Source: a virus
Direction: 5' to 3' (one strand)
Length of the DNA: 64,000 bases
IMG/VR virus record: IMGVR_UViG_3300017971_000283
Location: 5,527-69,526 of that record
The notes beneath the pieces were generated by a model. That model was given only the letters and a program-made list of their open reading frames with translations. It searched no databases and was not told the origin of the DNA. Shown here in pieces: positions 26,897 to 39,109 of the stretch. Numbering within the stretch: position 1 is the first letter of the stretch; the number at the start of each line of letters is the position of its first letter. The position numbers were made by a program, and so were the translations under genes.

Positions 26897-27418
26897 ATGG
26901 AAATTATTATTTCAAAAGAATCAATCCATGCTCTCAACGAAATAATGCATGAACTATATATCGAATCGTACAAAATAAAAGGTATTGGGTGTGCATTATA
27001 TTCAATGGGATTAAAAGGCTTTAATTCTTTTACTAAAAATGAATCACACGAGAGATGGAAATATGGAAGTAAGGTAAAAAAATATATTTTGAATTTTGGT
27101 GGTAGAGTCATTCTCCCTATGATTCCTGAATCCGAAACAAAATACCCTAATGCTCTTGATGCAGTTACGATGATTCAAACTATGGATAGAGGATTGCTTG
27201 AATTTATTAATCAAAAAACTAAAGAAATCGCCGAAAAAAAAGAATGGGTTGTTGTAGATTATATCGGGGAAATTTGTGAAGATATGATAAAAGAATTTAA
27301 TGAAGTATCAGCAGTTGTTGAGAAAACAAAAATGATTGGTCCAGATCTTGTTGGATATGATATTTTTCTTTATGAACATTACCAACCAATGTCTGATAAA
27401 AGAATTGGAAAATATTAA
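26897..27418 (+). CDS. Ferritin-like protein
   Basis: ALNE...EL.....GLKGF..F...ES.ER....KY....GGRV.L..I matches the FtnA four-helix pattern; several ferroxidase residues look substituted. Confidence 0.75.
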   Translation: MEIIISKESIHALNEIMHELYIESYKIKGIGCALYSMGLKGFNSFTKNESHERWKYGSKVKKYILNFGGRVILPMIPESETKYPNALDAVTMIQTMDRGLLEFINQKTKEIAEKKEWVVVDYIGEICEDMIKEFNEVSAVVEKTKMIGPDLVGYDIFLYEHYQPMSDKRIGKY

Positions 27419-27420
27419 AA

Positions 27421-27455
27421 ATAAAGCCTCATGTATTTTATCATGAGGCTTTATT
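27421..27455 (+). terminator. Hairpin after ferritin-like gene
   Basis: ATAAAGCCTCATG...CATGAGGCTTTAT. Confidence 0.65.
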
Positions 27456-27468
27456 ACTGGAGGTAAAA

Positions 27469-27681
27469 ATGGAAAATGATAATAAAGAAATAAATATAAA
27501 TCTTACAAAAAAACAATTTTTTAATTTACTTTCAAAACTAGGAATAAGAAATTATCAATTAGGTAAAGATGAAAAAGAATTTGTAAATTTCCTTAATAAT
27601 GGAACTGTTGAAACAACCAAAAGTGATGGTATTACTTCTGAAGATGCCGGAACATTATCTCTTATTTTTAAGATAAGATAA
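27469..27681 (+). CDS. Hypothetical protein
   Basis: GGAGGT SD, 70 aa. Confidence 0.6.
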   Translation: MENDNKEININLTKKQFFNLLSKLGIRNYQLGKDEKEFVNFLNNGTVETTKSDGITSEDAGTLSLIFKIR

Positions 27682-29409
27682 ATTTATTCATCAATAATTT
27701 TTTTTATTCTTAATATATTCCATTCCTTCTATTATTTCGATATTCAGCATAACATTGCTCACAAACATTTAAGAGTTGCCCTCTCATTTTACAAACAATT
27801 CTCCTGAAAACTTGCACTCCACAGTTTTCGCATCGGTATTCTTTGGGTTTCAATCTTCTATACTCCTTTATTATTTTAATTTATCTAAAAAACCCTCATA
27901 TACTACCACACCCTTACATAACATTTCCCTTCCTTGTTTCTCCACAAAATATACAAACATCACCTTTCCACATATGACCTGAAGGACGGTTACTGCACCA
28001 TTGCTTCTTCTGACATGCTGAACAAAGCTGACCTTCTTGATAATATCCATCAAATAAAAAAGTATTACAATTTGAACAATGAATCTTTATTTTATTATTC
28101 ATTATTTTCCTTTTCTCCTCCTTACTTTACATAAATATATTCATAAGCAGCTTTTATTAACTCATTTATCAATACATTATCAAGTATGATATTCTTACTA
28201 TCGAAAACCATATTCCATTGATCTTTCATTGATTGATTTTCCGGTTTGGTTTTTACAACATCAATAATTTGTTCGATATGATTTTCAGGAGTACCACAAC
28301 TAATAAGAATTTGTTTCATTCTCTCTGTAACCGTCATTTTACTCACCTGTTATAATATCACAAAAGATGTTTTCAGACTTTTTCCATAAATTCGTTTTAT
28401 TTGTTTCCTTTTCTTTTATTTTAACATTATCTGATATTAAAACAGTATCTGTTTTAATATCATAAAAAAAAGAAAATATAACATCTCTTTTCAAAAAAGA
28501 GATGTTTATTTTTTCTAACTTTACCACCCTACATTTTCTTTGAGGTTCAGGAACTTCTTTTTTATATATAACTTTTGTTTTTTGATATGGCGAAAAAATA
28601 GGTAAAAGAATCGAATGCCGATAATTCCCGGTAATAATCTTATTTTTTCTTTTCTCTATTAGCCATTCAAGAATTCTCTTATGATACTCAATACCAGTTT
28701 CCCAAAAGAAATAAGTTTTAATACCTCTTTTTAAAACTTTTACTTTAGTTTTATTATTAATATTTTGATAACGGATTTGAAAATTTTTTAAGATTTGAAT
28801 AGTTATTGTTTCAGAGCAATTTTTATTAAAAAAATCATAAAGGTCTTTATTCATTTTTTCTCCTTTAGTTAAATAATCAATATTTTACCTGTGAATAATA
28901 CTTTCAATCGTCCATTATAATATTACAAATATAGCCTAAAAAATTTATCTCTTCCTTTTTTTCCTGAGCTTTTTTGTAGGACATTTTTTGAGCATCATAA
29001 AAATTTTTTGTTAATGATAAAGTTTTTCCATTAATAATATTTTTAAAATAGTCATTACCAACTATAATAATACAATTTGCCTTTATATTGTTTCTTATTC
29101 TTTCACCCAATGATTGTTTTTTAATCATCTTTATTCCCTTTCTATATCGCCCCCTGATTAGTTTTATAAGAATCTTCAATTTCTAAAGTTACTTCAAATT
29201 TAACAACTTTCACTGGTACATCAAACTCAAATTCATGGCACCACGCCGGGCAAGCTCCTTCTTTTATTAAATCTCTCTTACTCTGAACTTGAATTAATTC
29301 TTTCTCATCACCCCACCCACATTTCTTTGTTCTCCAACATTTAAGATCATATCCCTCCTATATCGCCCTGATTGCCTTCTAAAATCGATTATTTTCATCG
29401 ATTAACCCT

Positions 29410-29440
29410 AATATATCATAAAAATGAAAAAAGGGTCTAA
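29410..29440 (-). promoter_or_regulatory. Conserved phage promoter motif (copies near 24746, 29410, 30885, 32193, 57332, 59897)
   Basis: Minus-strand consensus CCTTTTTT(G/C)ATTTTTATGATATA with an extended -10-like TGATATAnT, always intergenic and upstream of minus-strand genes. Confidence 0.7.
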
Positions 29441-30808
29441 TCAATCAGTCGTTTTTCCAGGTACAATCCCTATATTTTTTTGCCTTATATTTTGAATCTA
29501 TTTTTATGATATCCAAAAGCCCAAATCTTTTCCCGGTCACACCGCATCTCTTACAAAACATTCTATCAAAAATCCTACCTCTAGACATGACACTCATACC
29601 GTTTGTATATTTTTCCCAAATATGATCATTATTACTTTTATCTAATATAATGACATCAACTAAAATTCTTTTCTTTTCAAATGGCTTTAATGTATAATTG
29701 AAAGTTTTTATAATATCTTTTGCCCATTCCTCAGGACTATCAACCTGTCTATTGTATTTTTCTTCCCAAATTTCTTCCTCACCTTCGTTTTTTACTTTAA
29801 TAATAAAATTCATTGCTACCTCATCATACTTTTATTTAAATAATTAATAAGCTTTTCTAAATAAGTGTTTTCATCTTTTAATTTGTTTATTGCCATTCTC
29901 AACATTTGATTATGCCAAGAATTATGGACGGTGCAAGTTGTTTCGATACAACCTTTAAAATCTCCTTTAAATTTACAATCATCACATTGGTCAATTGGCT
30001 TATTCATTAGTTTTTCTTTCAATTCCCTACCAGCTTTTGCTGATTTATTTAGATCCATTTTGTTTCCTTTGTTTATTTTCCTTAAATTTTTTTTAAATAT
30101 TTTGCTCCCTCTTTAATTTTTTGAGGGAGCATTAATTTTTATTTTAATAAATTAAATAAAAAATCTATTCCTCTTTTCATTAAATAGAGGAATTGTAAAT
30201 TTTATTTATAATTTCACAGAAATGCCGAACGATTACGGCTCAACCACCTCCTTAGATAAAGGAATCTTGATCTGATCCTCTTATTATTTAAATCATTACA
30301 CCTTTCAAATATATCATCACAAGGCTTAATAAAAAAATCTTCGATATTCATTAAAATATCATATGCTATACTTGCAGTCATAGTATTTGAATCAGAATAA
30401 TAAGTGTCTTGCGATGATATATAAAAAGAAACCATTCTTTTCCCTTAAGGCGTACAGGCTGAAATAAAGATAAAAAAAATCAAGATAAGAAAAATACTAT
30501 AATAATTCCATTTCATTATTATCACCTCCTTTGATTTTTTTATATAGTTTACTCTTAATAACTTTTAAGCATTACTCTCCTTTTTTAAGAATTACCATTG
30601 CAGAATATTCCTGAAATTTATCAGGAATAATCTCAACAATTCTTTTTATATCATTTGTATTTTTTTTCTGCTCTTTTTTTATATGACGCAACCAATAAAA
30701 AATATTAGTAAGAATTATCCCTGTTGAAACTATTGAGTTTAGGATAATAAAAATCATAATAAAAGTAATATTTGTATTACACATTATTTTTCCCTTATTT
30801 TAATTTAT

Positions 30809-30869
30809 TGGGCTCGATTGAAAGGACTTCAACTTCCTGATTAACAGTCAGGCGTTATAACAATCGAAC
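30809..30869 (-). ncRNA. Miniature tRNA-Asn(GTT)-like element lacking a D arm
   Basis: GTTCGATTG/CAATCGAGC stem, canonical anticodon arm CCTGA-CTGTTAA-TCAGG, degenerate T arm, 3' CCA, and a promoter motif immediately upstream. Confidence 0.6.
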
Positions 30870-32246
30870 ATCTTCTATAAACTTACTATATCATAAAAAT
30901 CAAAAAAAGGTTCAATTTAATTTTTTGATTTTCCATTTATCCCCATATCCCTTTCCCTTTAGAATTCCAAAACTCGATTCAGCTTCTTCTTTTGTCATGA
31001 TTATACATGATTCTTTTCACAAATCAGACAAACTGTCTTTTTATTAATTATTTTTGTTGATTCTATATCACCTTTCCATCCACATTTTCTTTTTCTAAAG
31101 CATTGCATATCCATATCTGTCTCCTTAATTATGTTTCTTTCTTTTTACTCCCTTCTTTCTCAAGAAATATAAAATATAAAAAAACTTTATAATCAATATT
31201 CAATTCCTTCCCTAATTTTTTTGCTATTCTTAAATTGGCCTGTTCTTCCGACTCTCTAGCTGTCAATGGAACATTACATTTTTTCATTTTCTCTTCCTTG
31301 TTTTCCTCTTGACAAATCAATATCGCCCGTGAGGGTGTTCCCATTTGCCTGAAATCACCTTCTTCGGTTTTCCTGGTACTGTAAATTCGTATTTCATATC
31401 TTTTCAAGCCGTTCGACTAACATATGTATTATCTTATGAGTTAGGGCTTCATCATAACTGCCATCAATTGTGAATTCATCAGTTTTTCTAAACTTGTTTG
31501 ATGAGTTTGAAAGATAGTATTTCGCTCTTTGAATAAGGTATTCGTTTGACCATAAAGTCATGAGTAAGTTACTTTCATAGCTATTGCACCTTTTTGGAAC
31601 ATTCCTTTCCGAAATTGTAACTTTTTTATTATACAGATCGATAAATTCTTGCCTACAATTGGACAAAAATTTTTTCTTCCTTTTATTACTCCATCGCTTT
31701 AAAATTCCCATTCTGACTCCTATTTACTTATCATTCCAGTTTCACGCCATGGTGTACCGGATCTTCATTCAAGATACCTTCCTCCTGTGTTCTTTTGGAG
31801 TTCCTGGACTATTTTCCCAATCTTTGGAGCATCCAGATAAAAAAGATACGGCCATTACAATTATCAAACATATTACTATTTTTTTCATATTACCCCTATT
31901 TTCAAGGTATGCACCTTTTTTGATTTTACTTGGCTGATCGGAGCAAAACGGGCACAAATGTTTATAATCAAACATTGTCCATCCTTTATGATGGATGGAA
32001 TTCAACAAGGCATTTGCACGTTCTATACGACCTGATTTCATCCAATCTTCATAAACCTTTTTATATCTTATTTTGGATAAAAGATCACCTTGCCTTTCTC
32101 CTATATTTTCTTCCATTTCCTATTTCCTCTTGACAAATCCGTAAAAATAGAATATCTGATTCATCAGATATTTCAAAACGCCTTCCATATAGATACTATC
32201 ATAAAAATGAAAAAGGGGATTTCTTATTTCATACAGATAGCCAGAA

Positions 32247-32813
32247 CTATGATTCTTCATCAACTTTAATAACTTTTTTTGATTCTTCTATTTTATTAAT
32301 AACCGGCTCTGCTATTAATTTTTCCCATTCTTCAACAGATAATCTTCCCGGTACAACTAAAGTGCCTTGTGTCCTGATATCGCCTTCAATATTTATATTT
32401 GTTTTGCTTTTGCATTCTTCAGGAAACTTATTTTCCATTATCCAAATGTTAGCTTTTAAATCAGATACCAATGTTCTTTTAATTGTTGATTTCAACCTTC
32501 CTTTTTTATCATATCTTTCTTCAACAACAACTCTACCACCTTTTCCAATCAATCTAATATTATCTAATGTACTGATTAATAGAGATGACTTTGCCGCTTC
32601 CATCTTCTCTAAAAGTTTTCTATACGGACCATACTTTTGTTTTTTCCCAAGTTGCTTCCATTTATATAGTGTATGTTCGCTTACACCTGCAAATTTAGCA
32701 GACTCCTTATCAGATATGCCTCTTGCCTTTGCCTGACATATCCTATCTATTACTTCAGTTGTTAGTTTTAAATCTGCACCTTTAATAAAATCAAGTTGTT
32801 TGAATTTTCCCAT
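32247..32813 (-). CDS. Putative terminase small subunit (HTH)
   Basis: KLT..VID.IC.....G.....A.FAGVS..TLYKW, D.KA.IW..E.KFPEE and a C-terminal VVP..LS.EEWE. Confidence 0.65.
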   Translation of the reverse strand: MGKFKQLDFIKGADLKLTTEVIDRICQAKARGISDKESAKFAGVSEHTLYKWKQLGKKQKYGPYRKLLEKMEAAKSSLLISTLDNIRLIGKGGRVVVEERYDKKGRLKSTIKRTLVSDLKANIWIMENKFPEECKSKTNINIEGDIRTQGTLVVPGRLSVEEWEKLIAEPVINKIEESKKVIKVDEES

Positions 32814-33421
32814 AATACTTTCCTTTTTTTATATAATATTTTTTTTATAACTAATTTTTATTATTACATAAAAAAGGGAATAATGTCAATATACATTAAG
32901 AATAAAATAAAAATAATATTTAATTAATTTAAGTAAAAATTTAAATATTGTCTTTAATATACATCTAACTTGATGATTTCTTCATTATAGTTTTCCTGTT
33001 TTAATATTTTCTTTTTAATAGGAATTTTAATAGGAAGTTGCTTGCCAAAAAAATCTATATAGACATTACTTATTTCAAAAATTACTGGTTTATATTTTAA
33101 GTATTTTTTCTTTATAATAAACTTCATTATTTTTTCTCCTTAACCTCTAATAATTTCTCAAATCTTTCAAGAAGCATATGAATCGATGAATTCTTGCCTA
33201 CAATGTTCAAAAAAATCTTTTTTCCTTCTTTTCTTTTATTCCCTTAAACATTTTTACTTTCCTTTTTTAAATTATTCTTAAGGTTCTAAGGGTATATCAT
33301 ACCTTGGCCTATGGTGGGTGTCTCACCACAAGCCAACAATAGAATTGCTGATATGAATATTAATATTATTTTTTTCATTTTTCCCCTTTACAAGTATCAC
33401 TTCCAGTTTCATATTTAAAAC

Positions 33422-35842
33422 CTATTGAATTTTGTTTATCCCTAAAGCTGATTCTGTTCCCTTCCATTGAATACTACTTATAACTTCAAACCGACCGGGA
33501 CAATCATTCGGACATGATCCAATACCATTTAAACTTACTGTAAAATATGAACAATAAAAGCATTTTAAAATATCAACTTTAATAATAACTTTTTTTATAA
33601 TATTTCCTTTTAATTTACTTAAATTTAGTAAGTCCATTTCAGGTGAAGGTAATTCAACAAGAAATCGTTTATTACAAATCCTACATACAAAAGCGGCAAT
33701 ACAACATTCAAATGGCTGATTACAAATTTGGTACTTTTCTATTTCATTTTATATAACTGTATCATGTTTTTTATCTGAAAACCCATTACAAAACGGACAA
33801 GGGCATCCATTAAAATTTCTATATTATCAAAATAAAATTCATCAGTCATATCAACTCCCTTTTTTATCATATACTAAACCAATTAACTAAAATGTAAGAG
33901 AAAAAAATACCATATGAAAGATAAATTATAGACTCATATAAAAACTCTATTATTTTCATTTCTCTTTTCCTTTTTAAGTTTTAGTTTATTAATTAAATAA
34001 CTTGAATATATAATCAAATAGTCATCAGCAACCCCATTATCAATAGCATTATAAAGATTTGATTTTATTTCAAAAATCTCCAACCTTATTGAAATTGATT
34101 CAAGATTATCTTTATAAGAACCTATAATCTTTGATTTTTCAAAAAGATAATTATGAATTTGATTTATCCATTCTTGCTTTGTATTTGCGTTCATAAATCC
34201 TACCTTAACTTGTTTTATCTACTTCACTTTTACGATATACAGCAGAAACAACATCTATATTAAAATCACGAACCATATGACATGATTTTATTATAATTAC
34301 ATAAATATAATCATATTTCATTTCATTTTAATAAACTTATCAATTTCAATAACATTATTTAAATTTTTCTTTACTGTAAAGAATTTTTGACAAGTAAAAC
34401 ATTCAAAAAGTATTTGAATGTCAGTAATAAGTTTTCCTGTAAAATTGATATTTTTGCAATGTGGGCATTTTACATCCATTATTTTTCATCCCCTTTCATT
34501 ACTCGATCAGTATATTCTCTCATTTTCTTATATGCAAGGCAATTAGGACATAAGATAACCCCATTATATAAAGTACCATTCTTCCTGGGAATTTCCATTG
34601 TACATCCAGAACATTTAGTTTTATTCATTATCTTCTCCTTTGTAAATTACGTTTTTGTTCAAGATATCTTTTATAGTCATCTTTTTTTTGTTCTTTTGTT
34701 CTTGTATCCAGATACCCTGTAATTGGGCTTTGGCCTGTATCATCCCAACAAAAAACTTGATTAGGTTGAGGAACAGACTCATACATTGGTTTAGGCTCAA
34801 TATCTTCAGGATAAATTACATTGTGATACTTCCTCATTATTTTTTTATATGACATATTCCCCCCTTAATAAAAGGTGATTTGATAAAAGAATTTTCATCA
34901 TCACCTTTTATTCTTTCAAAAAATGAGTCTATTTGAGATTCAGATATTACAAAATCAATATCTTTATATTTCTTACATCCAAAATGAACCTGTTTTTATC
35001 CCTCTTTTTTACAAAATCAAGTAAAAGTTTTTTAATATCATTTATATTATATCTCCTTTATTTAGTAAAACATTTTCTACAATAAATACTTTTTCCAACT
35101 CTTTGAAACCCTTTTTCTCTTGAAAATTTCTTTAATTCACTTTTTTTCTTTATATAAAAAGAGGCTTTGTTTTCACAATCTTCAGTATCACATTCAAGTT
35201 CAATATAAATTACATTTTCTTGCTTAATCATTTCATTCTCCTTTATGAATTTTCTTAAAATATAAAAATTTTTCGCCAGATGGTTTAGAAAATTCCAATT
35301 CCTTCCCTTTGAATTTTTTATTAAAATTCTTTGCCCAATTAATTGCTTCTTGTCTTGTTTTGAACTCTGTCTCTATAGACATTCCTGTTGGCACATGTGT
35401 TACTGTAAAAAACTTTTTATTATGAAGAGTTTTATGAACAGCCAAATATTTTCCGATTTTAATCGCATAAATACTTATTTTTTTATGTAATGGATAAAGA
35501 TCCAATTCAACTTTTTCTTTTTTCGGAGTTATATTTTCAAGTTTCATGATCAATCTTTCCATTCCATTAGTTTATATTCCACTGTGGGCATTACATCCTC
35601 AATTCTTCAGGAAATTTACCTTCAAGCCTGATACGCTGCACAATTTTCCAACACACAATGGCTTGTTCTGGACTTACCGAAACATCGTCAGGGAACAAAT
35701 TATTTTCTTTAAAAGAGTACAATGCTTCACTTAAGTGGTCCATCTTGCTTTCAACCGGATCATGCATTTTAATCCACTCCATAAGATATTCTTTTAATCT
35801 ACTCTGATCCATAATATCTCTCCAATATTTTAACATTGTCAT
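33422..35842 (-). other. Small hypothetical ORFs (33422-33637, 33934-34194, 34628-34855, 35233-35562, 35591-35842) and gene remnants
   Basis: Short ORFs with SDs in a very AT-rich, partly decayed region. Confidence 0.45.
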
Positions 35843-35976
35843 TTTTTTTCATAGTCTTTCTCCTATCCTCTCTTAATGCCATTCAAATAAATAGCTAATG
35901 AAAAAAACCATCAATACCAAATATTATTCGTTTAAAAGATTCATCTTTAACAATAAAAAATTTATATAATATCATT

Positions 35977-36492
35977 TCAAAAATCCTTATACATTAAACT
36001 CGGTTGAATACCCTTATTATTCTGGTATTTATTACTTTGGTACTTATCACATTTACCTTCAATTGTATGATAATAAATTTGACAAATTTCAATTCCCGGA
36101 TAAATTCGAACAGGTTCTATACAAAATAATTCTAAAGTCCAGAATCCTTGAAACCCCATATCGCCAAATCCAGCCGTAATGTGAATAAAAAGACCAAGCC
36201 TCCCAATAGATGATCTTCCTTCGATCATAGGAACTAAATTGAATGTCTCTGTATATTCAACAGTTCTTCCCAAATATAATTTATGAGGACTTAAAATCAA
36301 ACCATCTTTTGGAATTGTTATTTTTTGAAATTGGTTTTTTATCTTTATATCAAGATGGGGATTTGTATAAAATAATAACTCATTATGAAGCGATAAATTA
36401 TAACTATTTGGATTGATTTTTCTTTCATCGAATGGATTTATTATTATATCAGAAAGCAGTCTTTCTTTTATTTCATTACCCGATAAAATCAT
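35977..36492 (-). CDS. dcd: dCTP deaminase
   Basis: MILSG.EI, INPNSYNL, LGRTVE, EGRSSIGRLGL, AGFGD.GF.G.WTLE, ICQI, KYQ. Confidence 0.93.
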   Translation of the reverse strand: MILSGNEIKERLLSDIIINPFDERKINPNSYNLSLHNELLFYTNPHLDIKIKNQFQKITIPKDGLILSPHKLYLGRTVEYTETFNLVPMIEGRSSIGRLGLFIHITAGFGDMGFQGFWTLELFCIEPVRIYPGIEICQIYYHTIEGKCDKYQSNKYQNNKGIQPSLMYKDF

Positions 36493-36497
36493 TATTC

Positions 36498-37279
36498 TTA
36501 TCCCTTTAATTTATCTATTATTTCCTTTTCCTTTTCAGTTGCCATTTTTAAAACTTGATCAAAAATTTTCTTATGTGATATCATTTTTTGTAATTGAGAT
36601 CTTACTCCAAATTGCTTATGATAATCAATTAGGCTTAAAAATATTCGAGCAAAAAAGATTGATTCTAATTTTTTCAAATTACTTGTTTCAATACTTTTTT
36701 TAATCCTGTAATCAAGTCTATCAATATTTATTCTATCTTTATTCTCATTCCAATATTTTTTGTTATATTCTCTTATTTCTTTTTTTTTCTTATCACGATA
36801 TTTCTTTTTTCTTTGCTTTGTCCTTTCATCATTATTCATCCTTCTTACCCCACAACAGGATCTTTTGTTTACAATTTTTACAAAACTTTATTCCCGGTAC
36901 AATGAAAACTTTATTTATTTGATTGCATTCAGGACAATAAAAAGATTTTCTTTCCTTATTGATTCCAAAATGTATTCTTGGTTTATTTGAATTATCGATA
37001 TTTTTTTTAACCTTTTTAAGTTTCAATTTAACTCCTTTTTTGTATACTAATTTTAAGAGTAGAAATATCATAACCTCTATTTTTTAATTCTTCAAGAAAA
37101 CTCCCATGAATATAATCAGTACTTTTCTTATTATTTAAAAACCAATGGAATAAATGCACATCTTGTGATTGAAAATCCTTGCCATAAAAATAACAAATAT
37201 TAATTTCACCATTAATATTGCCATATTGTATTTTAATTTCGTTATCATTAGCTTTTGGCTTTCTCCAACGCTTTTTCAC
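36498..37279 (-). other. Three small hypothetical ORFs (36498-36839, 36832-37071, 37028-37279)
   Basis: Overlapping minus-strand ORFs; one has a CPEC...CKNC zinc ribbon. Confidence 0.5.
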
Positions 37280-37289
37280 ATTTTCTCCA

Positions 37290-37321
37290 ATAGCCCGGTA
37301 GCTATATAGCTACCGGGCTAT
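37290..37321. repeat. 32-bp perfect palindrome / terminator after HU gene
   Basis: ATAGCCCGGTAGCTATATAGCTACCGGGCTAT. Confidence 0.85.
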
Positions 37322-37327
37322 AAAAAT

Positions 37328-37687
37328 TTAAATATTTGCTATTGCATCTTTCAAAACTGATGAAGGTTTAAACTTAAGAATATGCTTTGCCTTCACGTTT
37401 ACATTTTCACCTGTTTTTGGATTCCTCCTGATACAAGCATCCTTGGCAATTACCTTAAAATTTCCAAAACCAACAATATTTACATCCTTTCCCTCTAGTA
37501 GATTTTCTTGAATAATATCAAGAATAGTTATAACCGTTTTTTTTGCCTCTGAAGAATTCAAATCAAGTTCAAAAGATACTTCTTCAATAAGTTCTTTTCT
37601 ACTTATAGAATCATTTGTTTCTTTTTTTACTTTTTTTGTTTCTTTTTTTACTTTTTTTGTTTCTTTTTTTGAAGTTTTCTTAGCCAT
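37328..37687 (-). CDS. HU/IHF-family DNA-binding protein with Lys-rich N-terminal repeats
   Basis: SRKELIEEV, V.IVGFGNF, RNPKTGE, KFKPS..LK. Confidence 0.92.
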   Translation of the reverse strand: MAKKTSKKETKKVKKETKKVKKETNDSISRKELIEEVSFELDLNSSEAKKTVITILDIIQENLLEGKDVNIVGFGNFKVIAKDACIRRNPKTGENVNVKAKHILKFKPSSVLKDAIANI

Positions 37688-38011
37688 TTTAATTTTCCTT
37701 TTTATGATTTCGTTTTTGTTTTATTCCAATTCCAATAATACTTTATTTACCTCCTTCCGTTTTTATACTTCTTGAAAATATTTGATTACTTTATCAAGTG
37801 AATTTATATGTCTTTCTCCAAATTCACATTTACCACTATTTAATATATATCCTTTTAACCACCATAAAATATCATTAAGCGCATCAATTTCATGTTGAAC
37901 TATTAGTTCTTTATTTTCATATTCTTTTGAAATTTCTTCTAAGATATAAATTGCCTCTCTTAGTTTCGGACATCCTGTTTGTTCACCACCTCTAAATCCT
38001 TCTAATGAACC

Positions 38012-38061
38012 TCTATATAGCCCTATATTGTTTCACGTGAAACAATATAGGGCTATATAGA
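38012..38061. promoter_or_regulatory. parS site inside a 50-bp perfect palindrome
   Basis: TGTTTCACGTGAAACA at 38029-38044 is the canonical bacterial parS consensus. Confidence 0.85.
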
Positions 38062-38213
38062 TTTTAAATCTGATCCATCAATACCATATCTTCTCCACTA
38101 TATTTACAATCACATATAGAAGAAGGATTTTCATTAACAATACCATCATAACAACAGTTTGCTATTTGTATTTTTCTTAATACTGCTATTTGTTCTTTAT
38201 CCATTTTCAACAT

Positions 38214-38774
38214 TTACTTTTCCTTTAATTCAATAATATTTTCAGTTAAATTTCGAATATTTTCATCATGAGTTAATAAAATAATTTGGAAACCTAATTT
38301 TTTTGATACTTCTTGAATAAAAGAATATGCCATTTCCCTCATTTTACCAAGATGTAAGAATGGTTCATCTAAAAAAATTAACCTTCTTTTTCTAGGGCTT
38401 TCAAAACAAATCATTATGACTCTCAATGCAAAACCTACTATATCAATCGCCCCATCTCCAACCCCATATTTTAAACTACGTTTTTTATTATTATCTAAAA
38501 TATGGGGTTGGAATTCAATTTGGTTTCTTTTAATTTCTGAAACCAATATAAATTTGTAAGTTTCAAAAATATTCTCTAGAGCCTTTGATACCAGAGATTC
38601 TACTTTATTTTTGAAATTTACTTGCGTTTTTTGATTCGCAAGCATTATAATATTCATTGCTCGTTTATTATTATTAACTTTTTTATTCAAACTCTCAATA
38701 GAATCTTGAAAATTCTCTTTTTGAGAATTTAAATGATCGAGCTTCCCTTTTATTTGCTGGATTCTATTTTTCAT
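38214..38774 (-). CDS. SbcC/Rad50-like ATPase, C-terminal half
   Basis: Coiled coil, signature-like GDG..DIV.FALR, Walker B IFLDEPF, QIILLTH. Confidence 0.8.
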   Translation of the reverse strand: MKNRIQQIKGKLDHLNSQKENFQDSIESLNKKVNNNKRAMNIIMLANQKTQVNFKNKVESLVSKALENIFETYKFILVSEIKRNQIEFQPHILDNNKKRSLKYGVGDGAIDIVGFALRVIMICFESPRKRRLIFLDEPFLHLGKMREMAYSFIQEVSKKLGFQIILLTHDENIRNLTENIIELKEK

Positions 38775-39109
38775 TTCTAGGCCACATTTCTCCATCTTCA
38801 AAAATCCTGTAAATTTGTATTTTATTAATAAAAGGATTTTGTCTTCCATTTTCTTAATAATTTGATTCATTTTTTCTTCTGTAAATTCAGATTTAATTAT
38901 TAATTCCCACGGATTTACTGGACCAGAATCTTTGTAGATAAAAAACTCATTTTTTTATCCCTTATAATCAGTATATCTTTTGTGTTTAAACAAATGATCT
39001 TTTGCTCTTACACAAAAACACCCATTTATAAATTTATAATCACATTGATACTCATATTTTCCAGTCCTATTCCACATAAAATTATTGTATATCCATTTAA
39101 ATATTTTCA

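Larger units (their letters stand above)
27914..32116 (-). other. Cluster of small hypothetical accessory ORFs (27914-28102, 28122-28346, 28339-28854, 28904-29179, 29445-29813, 29816-30058, 30214-30435, 30572-30784, 31129-31407, 31394-31711, 31769-32116)
   Basis: Tightly packed minus-strand ORFs with GGAG SDs; several carry CxxC pairs. Confidence 0.6.
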
